64,000 nucleotides of DNA from Octopus vulgaris (Eukaryota). The stretch lies in contig OX597823.1 of assembly GCA_951406725.2 (NCBI GenBank), positions 99,882,001 to 99,946,000 of the forward strand, read 5' to 3'. Of the stretch, positions 25,947-38,571 are shown piece after piece. How positions within the stretch are numbered: position 1 is the first letter of the stretch; every line of letters starts with the position of its first letter. Below the pieces are notes generated by a model. The model made no database searches. It saw only the letters and a program-made list of their open reading frames with translations, and had not been told where the DNA came from. Made by a program: the position numbers and the translations under genes.

Positions 25947-26130
25947 CATATATATATATGTGTGTGTGTGCCTTGACCCGAGCTTAGAATGGGGCTCACC
26001 CCTTTGAGCTGGGAAATGAATGGAATGCCTGGTGTGTGTCTTGTTGTGGCTACCCACTCCTAAAAAAAAAACAAAATGAGGAATAGGCCTGGATATATGA
26101 TATGAAGTTACATATCTACACACCATACTT
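25845..26130. repeat. Unclassified interspersed repeat, direct copy at ~27945-28180
   Basis: Both copies share GTAGTATTTATGAATAAAATTCTCAG-like sequence, CCCTTTGAGCTGGGAAA.GAATGGAATGCCTGGTGTGTGTCTTG and ATATCTACACACCATAC. Confidence 0.8.
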
Positions 26131-28787
26131 CAATATCTACATACCATATCTCAATATAGTCATACAAACAAGAGTGTACATTGTACCAAAAAGCCAGTAT
26201 GAGAATTTCCGCCGTGGTCACTGCCACAGTAAAGTTTGTTCTAATAAAACATCCACGTTTAAGTAGGGAGAAATGTGTGTTTATGGTATGACTGTTATTT
26301 TCACTGCTACTAAAGGTTAGCTCACAGTTCTATACTAATTTCGTAACTTGGCAGTGACATTTGTTTTCAAAATAATTTTTTTAATAGAAACTAAGAACAA
26401 TAAAATGCAACCAAAGATGTTGGAATCTGGTGTGTGTTATGGCTTGCTTTAAGCATTCTTATCTCTTCTTGTCTATGTGATTGACTTAGTTCTGAGAAAA
26501 ACTTTCAAGTTGGCTATTTTCAGGAAGTTTTATCAAACATAATAGATCTTCTACATGTTGTCCAATTCTTATCCATAACATTTTGTTTTCCTGTATTTTA
26601 GATTCTTTTAGGATTTGCTAATCCTAACGAGTTACCATTGTTGTTGACTGGTTTTTAATAATTATGGAAATTAGCTGAGCCAATTCTTGTTTTAGTATTC
26701 CTCTAGACATTCTCTTCTTTAAAAGTATTTTCCACTAGTGCACTCACCATTAACAATTCAAATGTTAAAATTAGAATGAAAGTATTTCTTTAGAAATCTT
26801 TGCAAAGAATAATAGCCTTATGTTAAGATTCTTCATGTTTTATTTTCACTTCTTCTGCAACCAATCGGTTGTGTCTTTTATTAGATGCATTTCTGTTTTT
26901 GTATAAGTTTCAAGTCATGATTTATTATCATTGCAATGTTAATCTTGTCTCTTAGTTTCCAAGCTTCATGATATTTTCAAATATATTTCTTAATAATTAC
27001 TGGAAATTTAGTTAACTGGAAATTATGATTTCTTTTAATCTGCAGGATATTTATTGTTAGAAATTTTGTTATTCTTCTCTGTGGGCTGCCGTTCATTTAA
27101 TTAGGAAACTGTATTATTAGTTCAGCATGAAAATTTGTTATTTTTGTAGCTTTTCATCTTGTAAGTTGTTCCCAGTTGTGCATATCTATTAATTAAAAGT
27201 TCTCAGATGGTTTCATCAATTTGCTCACAATATCACCTCAGAATATTTAATTTTAGAATTTACTTTATTGTGAGAGAAACAAACTAGTAAAAATAAATAA
27301 ACGAGACATTTTCTAAGAATAAGTCAGCTAAAAATGCCTGACAGGAATGAAGCAAAATGCTTTTCCTTGAATAGAAATTTTAATTTTATTTAGAATAGCA
27401 CTCCAAATATCATGACGGTTAATTTTTGTAAGAGATATTTCAGTTATAATTATTGGTTTCTATTTTTTGCTTTCTATGTAGTTGTTTAGAGGTGTTATAT
27501 GAAGTATCTAAACTATTTTGAGAACATGCAATTTCCAGTTTCTTAATCCAACAATGACTGCTGATTCTCTGCGTGGAAACTCAGTCTTTATTTATTTATT
27601 ATTACTTTTTTTTTTTTTTGTTTCTTAAGGCAGTTCTATTTGAGCAAACCTGAAGCTTTGAAAGACTTGATACAGTCAAGAAGAGTTTGCTGCTGCTGCT
27701 GCATGGTGTGTGCTATTAGGGGTCACTTGTAATGCATGGTTGTGATGATAAATTCTTGCTGCTGTTTTTAGGATCATTTGAATGCTATCTGAAGTTTAAT
27801 GTGTGCCATTAGATTAGAAATCTGCTTACATTTGTTTATGGAATCGGTTTTTAGAACCAAGTCTGGTGATTGTTTCTTATGTTGTGATCAAAACTAACCT
27901 GGTCTGTGTGTCTTTCTTTAGTTTATATCTCTCTTCAAATAATATTGATGGGTTAATAATGTCTGCAGTATTTATGAATAAAATTCTCAGTTTCAAATGA
28001 TACATATGTTCTATGCCTTGACCTGAGCATAGAACGGGGCTCGCCCCCTTTGAGCTGGGAAACGAATGGAATGCCTGGTGTGTGTCTTGCTGTGGCTAAC
28101 CCCTTCTTAAAAAAACAAAAAGGAAAAGTGAGGAATCGGCCTGGGTGTATATGATATGATGATATATATCTACACACCATACCTCCATATAGTATGGAAT
28201 GAGTTCCCCATGGACAGGCCACTGATATTAAATAAAGTGTGCAGCACAAATGGTGCAGCCAATTGGTACTTCCACTTCTTTGTAGCATTTCATGTGTATA
28301 TAAGCAGAATGACTACTTATCTGACTGGAATTCATTAAGTGATGTAGACATTCCTGATGAGGGACACTAATAAGGGTCAAAACTTGAGTGAAGATTTTCC
28401 CCATTTTTTTTCAGTCTAGGTAAATAGGTAAAATTGACTTTTTTGTATGTCTACTATGTAGCTTTACATCTACAGTCATTTTTTTTTTATTCTTAAACTA
28501 CTTTTTGCTCCAAGTCGTTTGGCCAAATCAGTTTAAATGATCAATAGCCATGAAATTTATATTGTTTTTCATTAAATTTAATCTCAATTAAAACCCATTA
28601 TTTAACCAATCAATAGGATCTTTAAAACTCTACTCACTCTCATCATTTATCAGATAGTTTGACTGCAACAGTTGGCTTGCAATATCTCTTTTCCCCATTA
28701 TAAGTATTTCCGTTATTTATTATTCACAACTGAAGTTTGAAAATTTGTCCTTTATCTTCACTTAATGTGTTGTTTTTTTTAATGCAT

Positions 28788-28853
<66 letters not shown>

Positions 28854-31351
28854 CTTACACACACACATGTATAATCTTATGTAGAATATTCAATCATTTT
28901 ACTTATTTGCTAGATGTGATTCTAGTTCTTCAGTAATTTTCATTGGATTACATGGAATTTCAGTAGAGACTCTGTGATTGCTAGTGCCTATTTTGGTTTT
29001 GGTATTGTCTTTATTTAGTGTGAGTCAGGTAGCAGTAGACAGTGATGCAGCCCACTTAGTACACCTGTTTGTTTGTCTCTACACTTAAACGAACAAAATA
29101 CAAATTAATGTATATTGTTCCAGTTTTAACTGCATTATCATTTTCTTTGAATAAGTTGCTTTCTTTTCTTTCTTCAGTTGAGACTTTATTTGTTTGATTT
29201 CTGTATAGTTAGAAAATTTCTTTCTGGCTTTCTCCTTTATGATGTTTTCTTTCCATAGAAATAATTATCTTCTTGTAATTTTTGGAAAATGGACACCTAC
29301 CACTTAAACTAGATCCAGCTGTATGCACATTTTCTCAAGGAACTTTAAGACTGCCGAGCTCAAGTTGACCGTTTCCATTTGTGTCTCACTGTTGTGCCTG
29401 TACTCATTCTAGATTGCATGGTTGTTGCCAGATAGTTCCCTCCGTTTCTTGTGTGTCCTCTCTCCTTTTTTTTTTCTCTCACTCACTCTAATTGTATTAA
29501 ACTGTTACTGAAAAATGAAAATGTTAGTTTATCTATATTCTGTTTTGATTTAGTTTGAAAACACTCAACCTTATCAATTTTTTGATATTGCTAATTTACA
29601 GTTCAGAAAAGAAAAGAAGAAAAGAAAGAAAAACAAATTAGATTTCTCTCTTTAGTTTCACTACTTTTTTGCAAAAAACTGCTAGTTATTCCCCTCTGAG
29701 ACTTTTAGAGTTCATTTGGCAAAATTGTTCTTAGTCTGTAACACTATTCCATTGGGTATTTTCTTGAATTATCGAAATCCTCGTCAATAAATATTTCTTT
29801 TATATTTTTCTACGTGGGTTTTATTTGATTTCTTTTCAAGAAAACAAAATTCTCATTTATCATCCATCTTTATGCTAATTACTCATTTGTCCTTGTCCAT
29901 CTTCAGACATTTTGCTCCCTGGTGATTGATCACTATTCAATGCCTTTTAACAAAGACTCCAACAATTTTGACAAAAAAATATCAATTTTTCAAAGCCTTT
30001 TTGTTATCATTTATTTAATTTGAGAAATATTGCACAAATACTGAAATTTTAATTCAATTATTCATTTTATTTTTCTCAAAATCAATTTGTATTGATAGTT
30101 TTTTTTTTTTGTTTTTAAATTTTTACTGAATATCTGATCTTTCAACAGCTTACATAAAACTAGACTCTGTTCAGCAACATAACATTGTTAGAGGGATCGA
30201 GCTGGAGCACTCGATATCAGAACAGCCCTGTCGTAGTTTGTTGCTTACTTTGCTGTTCTCAGTATTAACTTTTATCTTTACCTTTCACTCGTCTCAAGTT
30301 TATAAAATAAATACAGCAGCACCATATTATGGTTCATTTCATTGATTTTTGCCTTTTACTTTAATTATGTAGTTTATACAAATGAAATAATTACTGTTTC
30401 AAATTTTAAGAGATTCTAATGATGTGCAGGATGCAATTTATTTGCAGCTTAATGAGTCACCAATAAAATTTATGAGCTTTTCATCAAATGGGGATAACAA
30501 TATGTAAACAAACAATTTTCTTTTTTTTCCTTAGGAATAACTCTTAGTTCTGGTGTATTTGTTATTGTCATCATTTTGATGTCTGCTTTTGCCTGTGAGC
30601 CTGGGTTGGACAGTTTATTTAGACAGGTTTTCTACAGCCAGATGTTCTTCCTGTCACTAACTGTCACCAGAAAGGTTCTCAAAGAATGGTGAAATGAAAG
30701 ACACTGCTTGTATAACAGTGATACTCATTTACAACTATGACATGATATCAAGACAAGGAGACACATTCCTTTACTTGAATATGTGTTATTTTGCATTAGC
30801 TTTCTGATGTTGTCCTCAAAAAATACTAAACAGTATGTATAATGAGCAATCAACCAAACTAATTATTCTTCATTCCACTTAAGACATTCATTCTACATAT
30901 TTCTTAAGATTTCTTGTTTGCTTTGTTTTTCTTAAAGAGTTTGTAGTTCATGCTGTCTATCGACATTGTTGGTGCTTGTTGAATGAATGGCAATGTTAAT
31001 ATTTTAATTTCTCCATCCATGATGTCCGATCGCTGTCACAGGATGCAGTAAAGTGTTTTCCTTTGTGTTCCATTGTATTTCTACATCCAAATGCATTTGA
31101 ACCAAGTTCAAAGCCAAGTTCCAAACAACTGCAATGGCGAAATGTATGCAGGAACTAACAATTCATACTTCTATTAATCTCAAAGTTGCGTGTGTGTGTG
31201 CATACACACACATGACAAGGCTTTTTTCAGTTTCCATGTACCAAATTGACTCACAAGGCTTTAGTTGGCTTGGGGCTATAGCAGAAGACACTTGCCCAAG
31301 GTACCACACAGTAGTACTGAACCTAAAACCATGTGGGTGGAAAGCTTCTTA

Positions 31352-31412
<61 letters not shown>

Positions 31413-31416
<4 letters not shown>

Positions 31417-31629
31417 GAGGTGCAGAAAAGTTCCTGGCTTTAGGTAAAAGAAAATACAGGAAGATCAGTTAATTATGATTTTATTCAGTGTATTCCCCTC
31501 TCAGATTCACAAACTTATTGCAGCAGTCCTTCAATTTTTGTTACCCCTGTAAAAGAACTCAGAATGTTGGGCCTCCAACTGGGCCTTTCACCACACCCTT
31601 AAAGCCTGGAACTTTTCAGCACACCCTTG
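31413..31629. mobile_element. Tc1/mariner-type MITE (second copy)
   Basis: Colinear with 63311-63527 and has the same TIRs. Sits between (CA)n and (TG)n tracts. Confidence 0.8.
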
Positions 31630-33859
31630 TGTGTGTGTGTGTGTGTGTGTTAAAAACAATTTAACTTGAAACTGAGGAATTACTCAATACTTTTTCATGG
31701 AGTCCATATTTATTAAGTTTTGCTTGGAAAATGTTGATACTGAATTCAAAGTTTCCACGTCCTTGTCTTCATCAGGCAGTCTGCTAAAAGCAAGCAAGCC
31801 AAAACTTTACCTATAGCGGAACAGTAAACTCTGCGTGTGTGTGTGTGTGTGTAGGTTCAGGCATGGCTGTGTAGATAAAAAGTTTGCTTTGCATCCCTGT
31901 AGTTTCAGGTTCAGCTGCACTGCACGACACCTTTCTATAGCCCTGGGCCAACCAGTTTGGCATACAAGAATAAAGCCTTTTGTGTGTGTGTGCATGTATG
32001 AGGGTAGGAAATGTGTTTGAGAACAATAAAACAGCATGTTTTAGTCCCCAGGTTGTGCCAGAGCAGGAAGTTAGTTATAAGAATGAGCTTCATCAAGTGA
32101 TTATGAGGATAAAAAAGACAAATAAACAAAGTAGGAATGTATTTACAGGAAAATGTATAGAAAAATTATCGATTTTTAGAGATCATTAATGCAAAATTAT
32201 ACAATTTCATTACTATTCTCTAAAATATTCTAATTGACTGGCCCTGTCCCCCAAAATTTCAGGCCTCATGCCTAGAACAGAAAACAATATTCTGAGACCT
32301 TATTACATAATATATAGGTTTATGGAACCAGTCGTTGCTCATCCAGAACATCTGTAATGATAAGACTATTGTATCATTTCTTTTGTTTATTTGTTTTCTC
32401 AACTTTCCATGTAAATACATTCCTTGCATCTACTTATGTTTATCTCCCAGTTTTACTTGTGTGTGTGTGTGTGTGATCGTATGAAATCTCACTGGATGCA
32501 GTTGTTATTTCTCTGTCAACAAATCCCCGCTTTCGAAGACAAGTGGAATGTAAACTCCTTTACATGTAAGACAGGGTTAGGGTTTGCTCACTGGAAAACA
32601 AACCAGTTGTAAAAACAAGGGGCTTCTCCAACAAATATATTGTCTAACCCATGCTAGCATGGCAAAATGGACATAGAATGAATGAAGAAACAAATGAATA
32701 TATATAAAATTTAAAAGATTTCTCTTGAAAGTATCAATTCTAAAGAGTTGTTTACCATTGGCTGTATTTAGGATTAGTGCATTAGTTTGAGTATTAACCA
32801 GGCTTTGTAAATGTATTTCTATGAATATTAGGGAACAGCTTATTCCGATTCCTGTGTTCAAATGTGGAGTGAATGTTCAATCTGTCTTAACTGTATTCTC
32901 GGCCCCTAAGGTGTACATTATATTTACTGACAGCAATTCACAGCATGTATAGATTAACAATCAGGCCTCTAGACTTGTGATGTCTCCAAGGAAAACAACG
33001 CACTGGGCCCTATAGTATTCATTAACAGCATTGGGTCACTTAATCCATGGCACACCCAGACAACTGCTCTGCATGTCCATACCTCAACATACCTAATCTA
33101 TATTTTAAATGAAATAAGATGTTGTGATCTTGATGCTTTTTGCAAAAAAATATTTGTAAAAAGAGCTTCAACCTGTGCCCAAAGTTATGTCATAGTCTGG
33201 CCAAGAGAATTTACTTCTTACAATTGAAAATACTGTAGCAAGCAATAGAATCAGAACCACCAGGCAGAATGAACGTCCAATGCATTCTTAATCTCGCTAA
33301 AGCCATTTCACTTGACTGCATCTAATAAATGTACTTGAGAAATGCATGACTCTTTCAAATATGTAATTTAGCCACCTTTAGAATATCGGCTCTTATGCTG
33401 CCTCCTAAAAGGAAACAAATATTAATGGACACATTGAACCAAAGTCTATCAATACATGTGAAATTGTTTGTTACATATTTATCTTTTCAGTTTCATTTTT
33501 ACATTCAACTATTCTTTATTTTGTGGCTTCTGTTTGACTGCTTAGTAAAGTTTAATCTGTGGAAAATTGACAAATCATACTGTGTTTATGTGTTTAATGA
33601 GTTGTTTAAATTACTTTTCTTCTCAATCATATAGGAAGGAAGCCATTCAACATTTTCTTTGAAAAGATAACTGTCATTAAATTATGGAATTTAAAAAGAA
33701 ATGTTTGCATTTGTGTAACCCTTGTATATAACTTCATGTTTATTATTTATTTTAATTTTATATTTATTTTTAATTTTACAGCTTACCCTGACAAAAATTT
33801 ATTTTATTTCTCTGTGTTTTGAAATTTCACAAATTTCTATTGACTGTTAACTGTCATAT

Positions 33860-33911
<52 letters not shown>

Positions 33912-34085
33912 ATGAAGAGACACCGTTTCTTTTTTTAATATGTTGAATTAATTTTTACATGTTGGTCAGAATTCTGCTGCCTACTACTACTACTACTACT
34001 GCCATCATCACCAATCCCAGTAGCTGGTGCCAGCTACTTGCCTCTAGGCATGCTTGTAACAGTGTTGTCATGTTCTTGTTTGCAG

Positions 34086-34220
34086 CATCTGAACCTAATA
34101 TACTTAAAGTGCGCTCAGCTCTGAAACAGAAAGTTATGGAACGGCGCATAACACACAGTCCAATGCTGCGGCGGAAGGATAAAGGCCCCTTGCCGCTCAA
34201 ACGCAAATCACCTCTGTCAA
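34086..34220 (+). CDS. HDAC4: Class IIa HDAC exon D (ASEPN, Ser246-equivalent, and NLS-like region)
   Basis: tttgcag|CA...TCA A|gtatgt. (A)SEPNILKVRSALKQKVMERRITHSPMLRRKDKGPLPLKRKSPLS, cf. human [29 protein letters not shown]. Phase 1 to 1. Confidence 0.96.
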
Positions 34221-34365
34221 GTATGTATTTATGTGGCATAATAGATACAAATACTTTCCAATCATATTTATTACACTTATTATTATTATTATAAAAAAAA
34301 AATCATATTCTATATATTAGTTACTGTTCCTTTTTCTGTCTCATGTCTACATAAATACATGTGTG

Positions 34366-34416
<51 letters not shown>

Positions 34417-36117
34417 ATATTTATATATATACATGTATGTATTTATATATAATATACATGCATGCATACATACATAATCACACAGACATGCATATATTTG
34501 TAGTCTTCATGTTTGAGATAAATTGAGCTCTTTATAGACTTCAGCAATTTGTGGGCGTGTGGAACAATCCTCATCGTTGCTGTTTGTAAATGCATTGATA
34601 GGTCAAATTCAAGCAAATGAAATGCAAGAAATTAATAAAATAGAAATTTTGTTTTTAGTTACTATGTTTGTCTGCAGCTAAAGTGGATTTTCCCGCCTCC
34701 CTCCCCCCACCAATCAAGTTCACTGTTAATTGAATTTCTGTTAAGATGACTCAGAATTTATTGCTTGATATTGTTTGTACTCATTCATGGTAGAATTTAT
34801 AGACTTTAGGGGTTAGAATTAATACTATTCGCTACAAATATTACTGTTATTTGTTTTATGTATAAACTTATTATTATTTTGATTATTAGTTATTGTTGTA
34901 GAAACTTTAAAACCTTTGAATTATTTTGCCTGCTTTTGAAGAATCAATCAGAGAATAGGGGGGAAATGGTGTGTCAATAATGCAAGAATTTATAAGACTT
35001 CAGTTTTTTTTCTAAATCACATTTTACCTTTTTGAATACAGTTTACAGATGTCTTTAGATCAAGTTATCACTGTGTGTGTGTGTGTGTGTGTATGATAAA
35101 TGAAAATATTTTTTTTTTGTTCAATGCAAGCCAAAAGATTGATAATGATTTTGATTCAGTGGTTGATTGCCAGGTGGTAAAGAAGTCTGTAAAGGATCTC
35201 AGGTGTTTTTGTATTTGCATATTATTTCAAATATGTTTTTTAAAACTTATAATGAACATTTTGAACCAATCCTATCTTCTTATTCCCTTCCCATGCAAAA
35301 CTGTTCATTCGAAGACTTGGCATTAGATATTTCTCCTCAAATCAATGGACACATTCCCTAAATTTTAGGTCTTTGCTCTTAAAAGATGTCACTTTGGAAT
35401 TGTAGAGATTGTATTTGATTTCTTAATTGAATGAAAACTAAACGTTTGAAAGAAACCAAAATCCAACTTGCTATATTTTTCATCATTTTGCCAGGTTAGC
35501 ATTGATGAAATGATTCTGTAGAAATAAATATTAATCTGTGGATGCAGTTATTGTGAGTCTAAACCAGAACACATTTCTCAGTTTTTAACTTGAAATGCTG
35601 TTTGTTATCAGACAAATTGATGTAATTGAATTGTGTACCTTAAACTCAACTCTCTTGTGCTATGTTTTAAATAAGATCAGTTTTCATAGTAATTATTTTT
35701 ATCCTGTCAACATGAAAATCATCAAAAATGGGTTTCATGTTTAGTTTCCCTAAATCTAAGAGTAATTTTCTATTTAAATTCCTGAACAGAAATTTAATCT
35801 GTTGTTTACAACTGCAATTTGTTGTTTACTGTTTGTCAGACAATTTTGCTTGTATCATTTATTCTTGCATCCAGAACAAAATTCTACTGGTTGTTCCACT
35901 TCCTGAGATTACTTTTGGTAATCTTCCTGTTGTTTTTCTTATTAAAATCTAAATAGACCTTACTAAATAACTTAGGTGGATGCATACAGGTGCACTCTGA
36001 TTCATTTCATTTAGGACAATGGATATGACTTCATCATCCTCAGATACTCACATTTGCTTTATAACTTCAAGCCTGAAGTCAACCATTGTGCTGCTCCACG
36101 GTGCATGATGCGCAATT

Positions 36118-36173
<56 letters not shown>

Positions 36174-36510
36174 TCTCCAGTCTACTTGACTGTAAAACAC
36201 AGCATCCAACTTTAAAAAGTATTATTCCAACAATTGGCATCTTATGTGAATATTGGAAAAGTATCCGGCCTATGTTGATATAGAAGACCTGTAAGAGAAA
36301 GAAAAAGCATAAGTGTGTGGGTATGGCATCCAAAAATTCTTTGGCAAAACCATGCTGGCATGAAAAAGTGGATGTAAACACCCCCCCCACACACACACAC
36401 ATGCACAATGGCCTTAGAAAACACATAGTTGTGAAGTGAACTCCTTAACGATAGAGCCATGCATGTACTTTCTAGCCTTCTCTCCCTCTCTCTCTCTCTC
36501 TATGTATGTA

Positions 36511-38402
36511 TCATCATCATCATCGTTTAACGTCCGCTTTCCGCGCTAGCACGGGTTGGACGGTTCGACCGGGTCTGGGAAGCCAGGGGCCGCTCCAGGC
36601 TCCAGTCTGAATCTGGCAGAGTTTCTACGGCTGGATGCCCTTCCTAACGCCAACCACTCCGTGAGTGGATTGGGTGCTTTTTACGTGCCACCTGCACAGG
36701 GGCCGAAGGGTCCGGCATCGTCACGATCGGTTCGAGCATTTTAACGTGTCAGCGGCACGGGGGCAACGAGGTCCGGGGTACTTTGGGGATCGGGGTACTT
36801 TGGGGATCCAGGGTACTTTGGGGATCCGGGGTACTTAGAATGGGTAGGGGGTATGTGGAATTGCTGCAGAAAGCAGCCCGGGTCTTTGTAGTCACAGCAT
36901 ATCTCCAGAGATCTCGGTCCTTCGCCATTGCCTCAGTGAGGCCCAATGCTCTGATGTCATGCTTGACCACCTCATCCCATGTCTTCCTGGGTCTACCTCT
37001 CCCCCTGATACCTTCAACTGTTTGGGAGTGGCACTTCTTCACACATCTCTCTTCATCCATCCGCAGCACATGACCATACCATCGCAAGCGTCGCTCTTGC
37101 ACACCACATCTGATGCTTCTTATATCCAGCATTTCTCTCAGGATACTTACACTCTGTTTTGCGTGCACACTGACACTACACATCCAGCGGATCATGCTAG
37201 CTTCATTTCTTTCAAGTCTACGCATGTCTTCTGCAGTCACAGCCCATGTTTCATTACCGTGAAGCATGGCAGTTCGCACACATGCATCATACAATCTACC
37301 TTTTGCTCTGAGGGAGAGACCTTTTGTTGCCAGTAGGGGTAGGAGCTTTCTGAACTTTGCCCAGGCTATTCGTATTCTAGTGGTGATACTCTCTGTGCAT
37401 CCACCTCCGCTACTAACTTGGTCTCCCAGGTAGCGGAAACTATCAACTACTTCTAGTTTCTCTCCCTGGAGTGTGATGGAATCTGTTTTCTGAGTGTCTG
37501 TTGTGTCTATTGTCCCTGTGCATCTGCCGCACATGAAAGCTATCTTATCTGTTAATTTCCCTTTAATGTTGCTGCACCTCTTATGTGTCCATAACTTACA
37601 TTGGGTGCATCTTATGGAGTTTCTACCTGTACCTTTCCTACAGGTTGAGCAGGGCCACCTACCCGAGGGGATGTGTGCTGAGTACCTCTTGCTGCTTACT
37701 AATACTTTGGTCTTTGCTACATTTATTCTAAGGCCCTTTGATTCCATCCTTGCTTCCACACCCGAAATTTCTCTTCTAGTTCCGGTAGTGATTCTGCTAT
37801 GAGAGCTAGGTCATCGGCATAGAGGAGCTCCCAGGGGCATCCCGTTTTGAATTCCTCTGTTATTGCCTGAAGGACTATGATGAATAAAAGGGGACTGAGG
37901 GCTGAGCCCTGGTGCACACCTACTTCTACCCGGAATTCTTCACTATATTCGTTGCCAATCCTAACCTTGCTGACAGCCTCTCTGTATAGAGCCTGTACAG
38001 CCCTTATTAGCCATTCTTCAATCTCCAGTTTCCGCATCGACCACCAGATAAGGGAACGGGGAACCCTGTCAAAGGCTTTCTCCAAGTCTACAAAAGCTAT
38101 GTAGAGGGGTTTATCTTTAGCTAGGTACTTCTCCTGCAGTTGTCGGACCAGGAATATAGCATCAGTGGTGCTTCTACCTGGTACAAAACCGAACTGCATT
38201 TCATCTAAACAAATTCTCTCCCTAATGAGATTGGTTATGACCTTCTCTGAGACCTTCATCACCTGGTCCAACAGTTTGATACCTCTGTAGTTATTTCTAT
38301 CTAGAGCATCACCCTTACCCTTGTAGCAGTTGACTATGGTGCTGCTGCACCAGTCATTGGGTATGACTCCATTGTGAACTACCTGGTTTACAATGCGGGT
38401 GA
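36511..38402 (-). mobile_element. 5'-truncated RTE-clade LINE, ~1.9 kb, with RT domain and one frameshift
   Basis: NYRGIKLL, QFGFVPGRSTTDAIF, FVDLEKAFD, GVHQGSALSPLLF, LLYADDL, FRYLG, RLRWYGHVLRM, RGRGRPRKTW motifs. Frameshift near 37747 (KQG/ESKGLRIN). (GAT)n 3' tail. Confidence 0.96.
36775..36836 (+). repeat. 17-18 bp G-rich minisatellite (~3.5 units) within the RTE 3' region
   Basis: GGGGTACTTTGGGGATC(C) repeated. Confidence 0.9.
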
Positions 38403-38571
38403 CAGAGAGAGAGAAAGAGAGAGAGAGAGGTTATAAGAGGTAATGGTGTCAATAAGACCCAAAGGTGTCAGGTAATGCTGAGTAAGTGTTATGGATAGAT
38501 CATAGTTAAGCTCCAGGTTCTGTGATTATGCGAATAAAGAGTCCAACGTAGGTCATATATCAGCATGTGAC

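Noticed and set aside
32481-32565. Alternative first exon MKSHWMQLL...SFT with a phase 1 donor
   Set aside because: No promoter-like context, adjacent to (TG)n, and expected by chance in a 22.8 kb intron.
33959-34085. Open frame upstream of exon D (MLVRILLPTTTT...)
   Set aside because: Contains an (ACT)n microsatellite. None of the upstream AGs is phase 1, and homology starts at the 34086 acceptor.
35130-35361. Coding-looking stretches (QKIDNDFDSVVDCQ; MQNCSFEDLALDISPQINGHIP)
   Set aside because: The splice sites are not compatible with the phase 1 intron, and I recognise no homology.
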